DNA from: a virus | Virus record (IMG/VR): IMGVR_UViG_3300031760_000017 | Strand: one strand, 5' to 3' | DNA: 64,000 nucleotides | In this document: in pieces, positions 54,901 to 64,000 of the stretch | How positions within the stretch are numbered: position 1 is the first letter of the stretch | Layout: every line of letters begins with the position of its first letter | The notes under the pieces: model-generated | The model's input: the letters and a program-made list of their open reading frames with translations, nothing else | What the model was told of the DNA's origin: nothing | Database searches by the model: none | Program-made: the position numbers and the translations under genes

Positions 54901-56441
54901 GTTCAAAATATGTAGACGTATCTGCGAATATGCAGGTAATTGGAGATGTTTTTATAAATCCATCTTTATTAGATTTAGAAGATAAATATAAATTCAATGA
55001 ACAAGATTTTCCTCAAGAATTTCATAGAATTTTATTTGGTTCAATTTATAATCTCCATCAATTAGGAGTAAAACAAATTTCAATTGAAGATATAGAAAAA
55101 TATTTAGAACAACGTCCAAAGAAATACGCAATTTATAAAATGAATAAAGGTTCTGAATATTTAGAGAATATTAAACAAATGTGTCAATTGGCGGCATTTG
55201 ATTATTATTATAATCGAATGAAAAAGATGACTCTATTAAGAATGTATAATAAAACCGTTGGAATGAATTTATCTTGGCTTTATGATCCAGATAATATTTT
55301 AGATGTAAAAAAGAAAGAAGCTCAAGAAACATGGTTTGACAATACCCCTATTAATGAAATTGCTAATCTTATTAATGATAAGATAGAAGAAATAAAATCT
55401 AAATATGTTGATAACTCGGAAGATGAAATCATTCAAGCTGGTGATGGTGCATTAGCTCTGCTTGAAAGATTAAGAAAAAATCCTGAAGTCGGTTATCCTT
55501 TATATGGAAGATTAGTTAATACTATTCATCGCGGGGCTAGATTAAAAAAATTTTATTTGCGGTCAGCCGCAACTGGCGTTGGAAAAACTCGTTCCATGAT
55601 TGCAGACGCTTGTTTTATTGCTTGCAATAAACTTTATAATCTTGAGACTAGACAGTGGGAAGATAATGGAACTCGTGAACCAACTGTATTTATTACAACA
55701 GAACAAGAAGAAGATGAGATTCAAACTATGATGATGGCGTTTTTAGCTAATGTAAACGAGTCTCATATTCTTGAAAATACATATGTTGGAGATGAATGGG
55801 AGCGCGTAACCGAGGCTGCAGAAATTCTTGAAAAAAGTCCATTATATATCAAAAAATTACCAGACTTTTCATTACAAGATATTGAAAATACAATTAAAAG
55901 TAATATCCGCAATCATGGAGTAAGATATGTATTCATGGATTATATTCATTCAAGTATGAAAATTCTTAGTGAGATTAGTTCAAAAGCAGGAGTTAAAGGA
56001 TTAAGAGAAGATAATATTCTTTTTATGATAAGTGTAAGAATTAAAGATTTATGTAATCAATATGGTGTATTTGTAATGTCTGCAACGCAGTTAAATTCTG
56101 ACTATGTAACAGCTCAGCAGTACGATCAGAATCTTCTTCGTGGTGCTAAAGCTATTGCTGATAAAATAGATTGTGGCATGATTATGTTACAGACAAGCCA
56201 AGACGACAGAGAATCTTTAAAAAATATTGTTAATTCAATGGGTATCGAAATGCCTGATATAAAAATGTCTGTCTATAAAAATAGACGTGCTAGATATAAA
56301 GATATATTACTCTGGTGTAAATCAGAACGAGGAACCTGTCGTATTAATCCATTATTTGTAACTAATTATAACTATGAATTAATAGATATAGAAGATTTAA
56401 AAATTACAGTAACACCTAAAATAGAAGCAAGCGCATTTTAA
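54897..56441 (+). CDS. dnaB: DnaB-like replicative helicase
   Basis: LRSAATGVGKTRSMIADACFIACN, PTVFITTEQEEDEIQTMMMAF, YVFMDYIHSSMK, SATQLN. Confidence 0.9.
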   Translation: MSSKYVDVSANMQVIGDVFINPSLLDLEDKYKFNEQDFPQEFHRILFGSIYNLHQLGVKQISIEDIEKYLEQRPKKYAIYKMNKGSEYLENIKQMCQLAAFDYYYNRMKKMTLLRMYNKTVGMNLSWLYDPDNILDVKKKEAQETWFDNTPINEIANLINDKIEEIKSKYVDNSEDEIIQAGDGALALLERLRKNPEVGYPLYGRLVNTIHRGARLKKFYLRSAATGVGKTRSMIADACFIACNKLYNLETRQWEDNGTREPTVFITTEQEEDEIQTMMMAFLANVNESHILENTYVGDEWERVTEAAEILEKSPLYIKKLPDFSLQDIENTIKSNIRNHGVRYVFMDYIHSSMKILSEISSKAGVKGLREDNILFMISVRIKDLCNQYGVFVMSATQLNSDYVTAQQYDQNLLRGAKAIADKIDCGMIMLQTSQDDRESLKNIVNSMGIEMPDIKMSVYKNRRARYKDILLWCKSERGTCRINPLFVTNYNYELIDIEDLKITVTPKIEASAF

Positions 56442-56452
56442 GGAGGATATAT

Positions 56453-56650
56453 ATGCAATATGGTAAGTGTTATAAATGTGCCCATAATGGAATTTGCAGA
56501 ATTTTAATGGCAGAAGCCATATCTTTATTAGGATAGTTTGAACGGCTTTTTAATCAAGCACAAACCAGAAAAACAGATAGTAAATGTATTTTACAAATAG
56601 ATTATACTTGTGAAAATTTTGTAGAAAAGAATAGTAATGAAGATGTATAA
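56453..56650 (+). CDS. Small Cys-rich hypothetical protein, one TAG
   Basis: MQYGKCYKCAHNGICRILMAEAISLLG-Q-FERLFNQAQ.... Confidence 0.5.
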
Positions 56651-57737
56651 ATATGATAAAGATACTTTAAAAGAAAATTTATCAATAGAAGAAGTATTTG
56701 ATTTAGTTAGTGAATTGGGCGGTGAACCAATTATGGGCAATGGATTGTTCACCGCTCGTACTATCTGTCATGGCGGCGATAGTCACAAACTTTATTATTA
56801 TGAAAATACTCATTTATTTCATTGTTATACAGGATGCGGGGATGCATCATTTGATATATATGATTTAGTTTTAAGAGTAAATAAAACTGCAGGAATTGAA
56901 GGTTTTTCTCTTTCTAGAGCAATATCATTTGTAGCCAGATATTTTGGATATACAGCTGAAATATTTGATTTTGAAGATAATCAAGATGCTAGTGAAGATT
57001 GGAAAATTATTAATAATTTTAAAAGAAATAAAGAAAAATCTCAACCGCAAATTGTTGAATTAAAAACTTATGATGATAAAATATTAAAATATCTACCTCA
57101 TCCCCACATCTTACCGTGGGAACAAGAAGATATAACATTTGATGTAATGGAATCAAGAGGTATATGTTATAATCCAATAAGCGAAGGAATTGTTATTCCA
57201 CATTATGATATAGATAATAGGTTAATTGGAATTCGAGAAAGAACTCTTATAAAAGAAAATGAGATATATGGGAAATATCGTCCTGCTTATATAAAAGGAA
57301 AACTTTATAATCATCCTCTTGGTTTTAATCTATATAATTTAAACAATAGTAAAAAGACTATTTCTATATTTCAAAAGGCAATTGTTTTTGAAGGTGAAAA
57401 AAGTTGTCTTAAATACGCTTCTTATTTTGGTAAAGATTCAGATATTAGTGTAGCATGTTGCGGCAGTAATTTAATTAATTATCAAGTTAAATTATTAATG
57501 TCTTTAGGAGTAAAAGAAATTATAATTGCTTTTGATAAGCAGTTTCAAAAAATTAGAGATAAGGAATGGGAAAAATGGGTTATTAAATTACAAACATTAT
57601 ATAACAAATACGGAAGTTATGTAAGTATTAGTTACATGTTCGATAAAGATAATTTATTAGGGTATAAAGACTCTCCTATTGATTGCGGTAAAGATACTTT
57701 TATACAATTATTTAATGAAAGGATAAGAATAGAATAA
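56637..57737 (+). CDS. DnaG-type primase (zinc-binding + TOPRIM)
   Basis: ARTICHGGDSHKLYYYENTHLFHCYTGCGDASFDIYDLV; KAIVFEGEKSCLKYASYFG; YKDSPIDCGKDTF. Confidence 0.85.
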   Translation: MKMYKYDKDTLKENLSIEEVFDLVSELGGEPIMGNGLFTARTICHGGDSHKLYYYENTHLFHCYTGCGDASFDIYDLVLRVNKTAGIEGFSLSRAISFVARYFGYTAEIFDFEDNQDASEDWKIINNFKRNKEKSQPQIVELKTYDDKILKYLPHPHILPWEQEDITFDVMESRGICYNPISEGIVIPHYDIDNRLIGIRERTLIKENEIYGKYRPAYIKGKLYNHPLGFNLYNLNNSKKTISIFQKAIVFEGEKSCLKYASYFGKDSDISVACCGSNLINYQVKLLMSLGVKEIIIAFDKQFQKIRDKEWEKWVIKLQTLYNKYGSYVSISYMFDKDNLLGYKDSPIDCGKDTFIQLFNERIRIE

Positions 57738-58135
57738 TGAATATAAAAATTTTTATTTTAATAACGATGATTTTTTGTCATATTGTTGATGATTATTATT
57801 TACAAGGTTGGCTAGCTTCAGGAAAACAAAAATCTTGGTGGGATAAAAACGTACCTAATAAAAATGATTATAATGAATTGTATAAAAATGATTATTTAAT
57901 GGCATTATTTTGTCATAGCTTTAGTTGGTCTTTTATGATTCAGTTACCAATTTTTATTTATAGTTTTTGTTATATGAAAACCTTTTTATGGTCTATTCCA
58001 TTATTTATAATAAATTTAATAATTCATATGTATGTAGATGATTTAAAAGCTAATCAGTTAAAAATTAATTTGATTCAAGATCAAATAATTCATTTTATTC
58101 AAATTATTATAACTTGGATAATTTTATTATATTAA
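57737..58135 (+). CDS. DUF3307-like membrane protein
   Basis: CHIVDDYYLQGWLASGKQKSWW...HSFSWSFMI, multiple TM segments. Confidence 0.65.
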   Translation: MNIKIFILITMIFCHIVDDYYLQGWLASGKQKSWWDKNVPNKNDYNELYKNDYLMALFCHSFSWSFMIQLPIFIYSFCYMKTFLWSIPLFIINLIIHMYVDDLKANQLKINLIQDQIIHFIQIIITWIILLY

Positions 58136-58140
58136 ATTAT

Positions 58141-58174
58141 AAGAAGAATTGATTTGACAATTCTTCTTTTTTTT
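58141..58174 (+). terminator. Intrinsic terminator whose loop/stem carries a promoter -35 box
   Basis: AAGAAGAATT-GATTTGAC-AATTCTTCTT + T run. Confidence 0.75.
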
Positions 58175-58182
58175 GTTATAAT
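58154..58182 (+). promoter_or_regulatory. Promoter TTGACA-N17-TATAAT overlapping the terminator
   Basis: TTGACA 58154-58159, TATAAT 58177-58182. Confidence 0.7.
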
Positions 58183-58216
58183 TATAATGGAATATTATAT
58201 TAAAGGAGATTAAAAA

Positions 58217-58426
58217 ATGAACGCTATTGATTTTAATTATCAAAGACTTATGAATCATATTGAAGGATATATGGCTACATATAATATGACACAGCCACCG
58301 ATTTTATTAATGAGTAATGATACATATAAAATTTTTACTGAAAAAAAATTAACATGTTTTGATTATGATTGTAGAGTTGCAATTGATAATTCACTTCCTT
58401 TTAGGGAGGTTGATTTAGTATCATGA
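58217..58426 (+). CDS. Hypothetical protein
   Basis: 69-aa ORF; stop overlaps the RecJ-like start. Confidence 0.6.
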   Translation: MNAIDFNYQRLMNHIEGYMATYNMTQPPILLMSNDTYKIFTEKKLTCFDYDCRVAIDNSLPFREVDLVS

Positions 58427-60204
58427 GATATTAGTTAATAAACAAACCAAATGAAAATTTTTCAACAATACAACAAATATTATATAATAGAGGAATTGCA
58501 GAAAATAAAATTTCACATTATATAAATTTATCAGATTAGGATATTAATTCATTTTTATTATTAGGAGAAGAAAATTTGAAAGAAGCCTTATCTCGTATTT
58601 TACATGCAATTACTCTTAAGAAAAAGACTTTAATAATTGTAGACTGCGATTGTGATGGTTATACATCTGCCGCATTATTAATTAATTATTTATATAAAAT
58701 ATTTCCAACTTGGGTTGAAAGCTATGTAGACTGGTATATGCATGATAGTAAACAACATGGATTAAGTGATTGTATTGATTTTATTTTAGAAAGACAATAT
58801 GAATTAATACTTTGTCCCGATTCAAGTAGTAATGATTATGATAAACATCAATTATTAGCTGAAAATAATATTGATGTTGTTGTTTTAGACCATCATTTAG
58901 CTGATCATATTAGTCCAAATGCGGTAATTGTTAATAATCAACTTTCTGATTATCCAAATAAAGAATTATCAGGAGTTGGAATAGTATGGCAATTTTGTCG
59001 ATATATAGATTCAATATTAGAAGTTAATTATGCAGATGATTTTCTCGATCTTGTTGCTCTTGGAAATTGCGGTGATATGATGTCATTACGGTCTTTTGAA
59101 ACTCGTTATCTAATTACAAAAGGATTCAAAAAATAGAATATTAAAAATCCTTTTATTGACTACATGATTGATAAGAACTCATTTCCTTTATCAAAAGCAG
59201 ATTATGTATCATCAAATCCTGATATGGGATGCACATCTATGGGCGCCGCATTTTTTATTGTGCCATTTGTTAATGCTATTACTAGAAGTGGAACAATAGA
59301 ATAGAAAAACTTACTTTTTAATTCTATGTTAAATCATAAAGCTTTTACAGAAGTTATTTCAAACAAGCGTGGACATAAATTAGGTTAGAAAGAAAAATTA
59401 ATTCTACAAGCAATTAGAACAGTTACGAATGTTAAAAATAGACAAACAAGAGCAGAAGATGCAGGATTAACTATGTTAGAAAAAATGATTGAAACTAACC
59501 ATATGCTTAATCATAAAATTCTTTTATTTTTGTTAGAACCTAATAAAATTGATCCTGAAATTCGTGGTTTAATTGCAAATAAATTTATGGCAAAATATCA
59601 AAGACCTTGTTGTTTATTAACTAAAACTAATAGAAATGGTAAAGAAACTTATGAAGGTTCTATGCGTGGATATACAAAAACTGGGATTGATAGTTTTAAA
59701 GAAGTACTTGAACAATGTCCAGGAGTTTTATATGTAGAAGGACATGACAATGCGGCAGGACTTGGTATAGAAGCAAATCATGTAAGTGATTTTCTTTATA
59801 AAATTGATTAGCTTCTTGAAGATGTCTCTGTTGAACCTATTTATAGGATTGATTATAATTTTAATGAAAAAGAAAATAACAATCAGCGCATTTTAGATAT
59901 TGCAGATATGAATGACTATTGGGGTCAAGATGTAGATAGAGCTTATGTAAATATTAATTTCAAAGTTACTGATTCTAATTTTAAAGTTATGAAAAGTAAT
60001 ACTTTAAAATTTAGTTTACCTAACGGATTATCTATTATTAAATTTAATGGAACTGAAGAAGAAATTACTAGATTTACAACAACAGGGTATCTAGAAGTAA
60101 ACGCTATTTGTAAATGCAATAAAAATTAGTGGAATGGTTGCGTCTATCCGCAACTTATTATGTAGGATTTTGAAATTGTGGATTCTGCTAAATACTACTT
60201 TTAA
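58423..60204 (+). CDS. recJ: RecJ-like DHH/DHHA1 single-strand exonuclease, TAG-recoded
   Basis: IIVDCDCDGYTSAAL, CPDSSSNDYDKHQLL, VVVLDHHLADH, GNCGDMM, VEGHDNAAGLGIEANH; ORFs 58576-59136, 59473-59811 and 59908-60129 separated only by TAG. Confidence 0.88.
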
Positions 60205-60278
60205 TGGCTCGGCGCGCAAACACCCGTACCCAGGAAGCAAAAATGCATTTGGATTTTTTTATTTGCATTTTTGCTTTT
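60205..60278 (+). ncRNA. Copy B of the conserved intergenic RNA motif
   Basis: ATGGCTCGGCGCGCAAACACCCGTACCCAGGAAGCAAAAATGCATTTGGATTTTTTTATTTGCATTTTTGC; 11-bp stem GCAAAAATGCA/TGCATTTTTGC. Confidence 0.6.
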
Positions 60279-60336
60279 TGATTTTTTTATAAAAATTTGT
60301 TATAATATATATGAATAAAATATTAGGAGAATAAAT

Positions 60337-60789
60337 ATGGATATTGGAAGTGGTTCAGGTTATCCTGCAGCCTCATTAAGTAATTTTGCGCCGCATCCTT
60401 TTATTATAGATGGTATACCTTGCAATTCAATGGAAGGCTTTCTACAGTCTTTGAAATTTAAAAATATTGATATGCAAAAATATGTATGTTCTTTAGTTGG
60501 AAAAAGCGCAAAGTATAAAGGGAAAGATAAAAAATGGTGGAAAACGCAAACTCTGTATTGGCAAGGTAAAGAATACAAACGTGATAGTCAGGAATATCAA
60601 ATTCTTTTAAATAGAGCCTATAATGCGCTATATCAAAATGAAGGATTTAGAAAAGCTTTAGAAGCTAGCCGTCCGGCAATATTATCACATTCAATAGGAA
60701 AAAATGATCCTTCAAAAACAGTTTTAACTCAAGCAGAATTTGTGGGTCGTTTAATGAAGCTAAGAATGGGAAAAAAATTAGATGAATAA
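60337..60789 (+). CDS. NADAR (YbiA-like) family protein
   Basis: SLSNFAPHPFIIDGIPCNSMEGFLQSLKF...GKSAKYKGKDKKWWKTQTLYWQGKEYKRDSQEYQ. Confidence 0.85.
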   Translation: MDIGSGSGYPAASLSNFAPHPFIIDGIPCNSMEGFLQSLKFKNIDMQKYVCSLVGKSAKYKGKDKKWWKTQTLYWQGKEYKRDSQEYQILLNRAYNALYQNEGFRKALEASRPAILSHSIGKNDPSKTVLTQAEFVGRLMKLRMGKKLDE

Positions 60790-60804
60790 TAGAGGTGTAT
60801 AGAT

Positions 60805-61047
60805 ATGTCCGATGAAAGTTTAAAAATTAATACAATAGATGAAAAGAAATTAAAAGGCTATCAATATGATTCTTTAATATATAGATATATTCGAGCTAGA
60901 GAACAAATGGCAGAATATGAATATTTAAGAGATAGGCAAAGTAATATCTCTAATCATACTGAATGGACTGTATATCGGCAAAGGGCGAATAGAGATATAA
61001 TGCGTTTTGTTCAAATTTTAGATGAAGTGATTGGAGAGCATGAATAA
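60805..61047 (+). CDS. Hypothetical protein
   Basis: 80-aa ORF, stop overlaps next start. Confidence 0.55.
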   Translation: MSDESLKINTIDEKKLKGYQYDSLIYRYIRAREQMAEYEYLRDRQSNISNHTEWTVYRQRANRDIMRFVQILDEVIGEHE

Positions 61048-62228
61048 TGATATTAACTAAAAAGCAAGAGGAAGGATTAAAAATAGCTGTAGCACGACAT
61101 CGAGACGGAGAAAAATATACGGTGATTGCTGGTTATGCTGGAACTGGTAAAAGTACACTTGTAAGATATATTATTGATGCTCTTAATGTTGAAGAAAGTA
61201 GAGTATGTTATTGTGCTTTTACTGGTAAGGCTGCAGAAGTATTAAAGAAAAAAGGAAATAAAAATGTAGCAACTCTTCATCGGTTGCTATATGAACATAT
61301 ACCGCGCCCTGCGGGCGGTTTTTTTAGAAAGCCAAAACCATTTATTGATTATGATGTAGTTGTAGTTGATGAAGTTTCTATGGCTCCTAAATCTTTAATA
61401 GAGTTGTTATTTAAGCATAAAGTATATGTTATTTGTTTAGGAGACCCTTTCCAGTTACCACCTATTGATAAAGATGAAGATAATCATCTTTTAGATAATC
61501 CTCATATTTTTCTTGATGAAATTATGAGACAAGAAGAAGATTCTGAAATTATTCAACTTACTATGAAAATCAGAAATCAAGAGCCAATTGATTATTTTAA
61601 TGGCAATGAAATAAAAATCATTCCTTATTCAGATTTAAATACTGGAGTGTTACAATGGGGAGACCAAGTTCTAACCGCAACAAATGCAAAACGACGAGCC
61701 ATTAATAATCAGATGCGTGCATTAGAGGGAAGAACTGGAGAACCTGTCGATGGAGATAAAATTATATGTCTTCGTAACTACTGGGATGATTCAAGCTTAA
61801 ATGGAGATGCTTTAATAAATGGAACGATTGGTATTCTTCAAAATAGCTTCCGCACTTGGAGAGAAATTCCAAGATTTGTGCAAAGTGATATAAGAAAATT
61901 TGATGTTTTAGTTGGTGATTTAGTTGTGCCAGAAACTAATGATGTTTATCAAATGACAGAGATGGATCGTCAAATGATTATCACTGGAGAAAAATGTTGT
62001 GATTGGCGATTGTCTTATAAACTAGGCAAGTTGCGCTCTAAGTATGGAGAAATTGTTCCTAAAGAATTTACATATGCTTATGCTATTACAACTCACAAAA
62101 GTCAGGGTAGTGAATGGGATAAGGTAGTTGTTCTTGAAGAAAAGTTTCCATTTGATAAAAATGAACATGCTCGATGGCTATACACAGCTTGCACGAGAGC
62201 CAGTGAAAAATTAGTTTTAGTGAGGTAA
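61047..62228 (+). CDS. Dda/RecD-like SF1 helicase
   Basis: TVIAGYAGTGKSTLVRYII, VVVDEVSMAPKSLIELL, GDPFQLPPI, YAITTHKSQGSEWDKVVV, YTACTRASEKL. Confidence 0.92.
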   Translation: MILTKKQEEGLKIAVARHRDGEKYTVIAGYAGTGKSTLVRYIIDALNVEESRVCYCAFTGKAAEVLKKKGNKNVATLHRLLYEHIPRPAGGFFRKPKPFIDYDVVVVDEVSMAPKSLIELLFKHKVYVICLGDPFQLPPIDKDEDNHLLDNPHIFLDEIMRQEEDSEIIQLTMKIRNQEPIDYFNGNEIKIIPYSDLNTGVLQWGDQVLTATNAKRRAINNQMRALEGRTGEPVDGDKIICLRNYWDDSSLNGDALINGTIGILQNSFRTWREIPRFVQSDIRKFDVLVGDLVVPETNDVYQMTEMDRQMIITGEKCCDWRLSYKLGKLRSKYGEIVPKEFTYAYAITTHKSQGSEWDKVVVLEEKFPFDKNEHARWLYTACTRASEKLVLVR

Positions 62229-62231
62229 AAT

Positions 62232-62384
62232 ATGTCTAAAAATAATATATTAACTTTTGCCACATCTTTTAGAGGAGACAATCTCACTAAAGAAGAAAAA
62301 TGTGCTTTAGAGCATTTGCTTGAAATAATGACGGCTGCGAAGCAACAAATTTTATTAAGAAAATTATTAATAAATAAAATTTAA
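62232..62384 (+). CDS. Small hypothetical protein
   Basis: MSKNNILTFATSFRGDNLTKEEKCALEHLLEIMTAAKQQILLRKLLINKI*. Confidence 0.45.
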   Translation: MSKNNILTFATSFRGDNLTKEEKCALEHLLEIMTAAKQQILLRKLLINKI

Positions 62385-62429
62385 AATATAAAATTTAAAA
62401 TATAAAATTAGTATTAGTGAGGTAATAAT

Positions 62430-62768
62430 ATGACTACAGGTATATTTAATGCAAAAATAAAACGTGCTAATTTAATTAAAGATATAGATACGAATAAAAT
62501 AGTCTTAAAATTAGAAATAAAATCAACAGCAGGAACTGCTTGTTTAACATTTTCTATTAATGATTTAATTAAAATTTTTTCTATATTAGAAATTGAAGAT
62601 TTTGATGAAATAATTAATCAACCCTGTTTAGTATTAATTAATGATGGTGTTATGAAAGATATTGGTAATTTTATGTTTCGTCATTATGATTTTATTAAAG
62701 ATCCATTAAAAGAAGAATCAGAATTTTGGGTACTTAATGATCCAATTAGATTAAAAATATATGAATAA
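62430..62768 (+). CDS. Hypothetical protein
   Basis: 112-aa ORF with RBS. Confidence 0.55.
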   Translation: MTTGIFNAKIKRANLIKDIDTNKIVLKLEIKSTAGTACLTFSINDLIKIFSILEIEDFDEIINQPCLVLINDGVMKDIGNFMFRHYDFIKDPLKEESEFWVLNDPIRLKIYE

Positions 62769-62833
62769 AAAATTTGACAAACCTAGATATAGCTTCTACA
62801 AGAGCCAATGAAAAATTAGTGAGGTAAAATAAA

Positions 62834-63115
62834 ATGATTATTTGCTATAGATTAGAACACAAAAATGGGGATGGATTATTTTTTACTAAAAACGGTGTTA
62901 ATAAAACCAATCCAAATATTATTTTTAATGGTATTGGTTTATGTGCTTTTTTAGATAAAAAACGTTTTTTTCAACCAAGTTATATTAATTTTTTATATGA
63001 TAATGATTATATATTATATAAAATTACATTAAATAAAATTATTCATCAAAATCGTTATGGAGAAATTATTTTTAATTCTGAAGATATTTTAAATAAAGAA
63101 AAAGTTGACAAATAA
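62834..63115 (+). CDS. Hypothetical protein
   Basis: 93-aa ORF with RBS. Confidence 0.55.
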   Translation: MIICYRLEHKNGDGLFFTKNGVNKTNPNIIFNGIGLCAFLDKKRFFQPSYINFLYDNDYILYKITLNKIIHQNRYGEIIFNSEDILNKEKVDK

Positions 63116-63133
63116 AAAAATTTTTTATATAAT
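63105..63133 (+). promoter_or_regulatory. Consensus promoter TTGACA-N17-TATAAT
   Basis: TTGACA 63105-63110, TATAAT 63128-63133. Confidence 0.8.
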
Positions 63134-63139
63134 ATAATT

Positions 63140-63301
63140 GTAAGAAATAAATATTATGAAAGAGAGGTACGGTCCAATGGTTTGAATAGTTGTAACTCGT
63201 TAACATATTGAACCGATATAATATGGAGGGTACTCCAATGGACAGGATAGCTTAAATATTTATTTTTATATGACTAGTCAAGCGGGGCAACTCGCTTGAC
63301 T
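63140..63301 (+). ncRNA. Candidate promoter-driven, terminator-ended small RNA or leader upstream of dnaE
   Basis: No ORF. Internal near-repeat GAGGTACGGTCCAATGG / GGAGGGTACTCCAATGG; CGGTCCAAT/ATTGAACCG helix; ends in a terminator hairpin. Confidence 0.55.
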
Positions 63302-63308
63302 TTTTTAT
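63276..63308 (+). terminator. Intrinsic terminator
   Basis: AGTCAAGCG-GGGCAACT-CGCTTGACT followed by T-run. Confidence 0.85.
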
Positions 63309-63357
63309 TTATTTATTTTATAATATAATTATATTATAATGTGAAAGAGGTAAAGTG

Positions 63358-64000
63358 ATGGTTAAAAGGTTTGAGGTGCACTCTCACTCAGAATTTTCAA
63401 ACATAAGATTATTAGATTGCATTAATAAAATTCCAGCACTTATTGATAGAGCAATAGAAATTGGTTTAAGCGGGATAGCTCTTACTGACCATGAATGTTT
63501 GAGCGGTGCCCCGCAAGCAAACTTCTATGCTCAAGAAATTTTAAAGACTCATCCAGATTTTAAAGTGGCATTAGGAAATGAAATATATTTAACTCCCGAT
63601 AGAGAAATGGGGCAAAAATATTATCATTTTATTTTGATTGCAAAAAATAAAACTGGATTTAGAGCATTAAGAGAACTTTCTTCAAGAGCTTGGATGAATA
63701 GTTATTGGGATAGAGGTCTTGAAAGAGTTCCTACAACATATGATGAACTTGAGGAAATTGTTAATAAATATCCAAATAGTTTAATTGCAACAACAGCTTG
63801 TCTGGGTGGAGAAGTTTCTTCTCAACTTTTAAATCTTATAAAAGCAGAAAAGCATAATGATAAAATAGGAGTCGCCGAAGCCCATAATGATATTGTAGAT
63901 TTTATCTTATGGTGCAAGCGTCTTTTTGGTGATGATTTTTATATCGAGTGTGCGCCAGGTCAGTCAAGCGAACAAATCATGGTTAATAGACGTCTTAAAG
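63358..64000 (+). CDS. dnaE: DNA polymerase III alpha subunit (DnaE-like), PHP domain, truncated by window end
   Basis: FEVHSHSEFSNIRLLDCINKIPALIDRAIEIGLSGIALTDHECLSG...ALGNEIYLTPDR...YYHFILIAKNKTGFRALRELSSRAW. Confidence 0.9.
   Translation, partial: MVKRFEVHSHSEFSNIRLLDCINKIPALIDRAIEIGLSGIALTDHECLSGAPQANFYAQEILKTHPDFKVALGNEIYLTPDREMGQKYYHFILIAKNKTGFRALRELSSRAWMNSYWDRGLERVPTTYDELEEIVNKYPNSLIATTACLGGEVSSQLLNLIKAEKHNDKIGVAEAHNDIVDFILWCKRLFGDDFYIECAPGQSSEQIMVNRRLK

Noticed and set aside
1-64000. CRISPR arrays, rRNA genes or IS elements
   Set aside because: No regularly spaced direct repeats, rRNA-like sequence or transposase/terminal-inverted-repeat structure was seen by eye.

Overview
This 64 kb window is part of a large, AT-rich tailed-phage (or prophage) genome from a Firmicutes-like host. 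Many genes are interrupted by in-frame TAG but read through cleanly when TAG is decoded as a sense codon. Gln fits best, e.g. the RecA-like Walker A motif 'FYG[TAG]PKSGKTT'. The ORF track therefore splits several single genes: tape measure 18612-27263(-), tail fibre 13604-18295(-), endolysin 37098-39383(+), RecJ-like 58423-60204(+), vault-like protein 30774-33263(+).

Modules seen: (1) a tRNA/ncRNA cluster followed by a DUF2828/TROVE-like VWA protein (0.25-3.0 kb); (2) tail proteins, integrase, CotH-kinase/LamG host-range module, long tail fibre, tape measure (3.8-27 kb); (3) phosphatase, flotillin-like SPFH protein, HD protein, two tiny membrane proteins and a major-vault-protein-like protein (27.4-33.3 kb); (4) RNA ligase and P-loop kinase (33.8-36.1 kb); (5) holin and multidomain endolysin; (6) ParE/GyrB with a group I intron and GIY-YIG endonuclease, ParC/GyrA, NAD+ ligase; (7) RecA-like ATPase, DnaB, primase, RecJ, NADAR, Dda/RecD-like helicase, and the start of DnaE.

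Most notable signals: (a) a phage-encoded protein with the apparent full layout of eukaryotic Major Vault Protein, split by a recoded amber codon; (b) a tRNA-Thr(CGU) gene whose 3' half lies upstream of its 5' half (circularly permuted); (c) a roughly 470-nt pseudoknotted noncoding region between tRNAs; (d) a duplicated 3'-UTR-like RNA motif at about 3.1 kb and 60.2 kb. Coordinates were derived by hand from the printed sequence; no database search was run.
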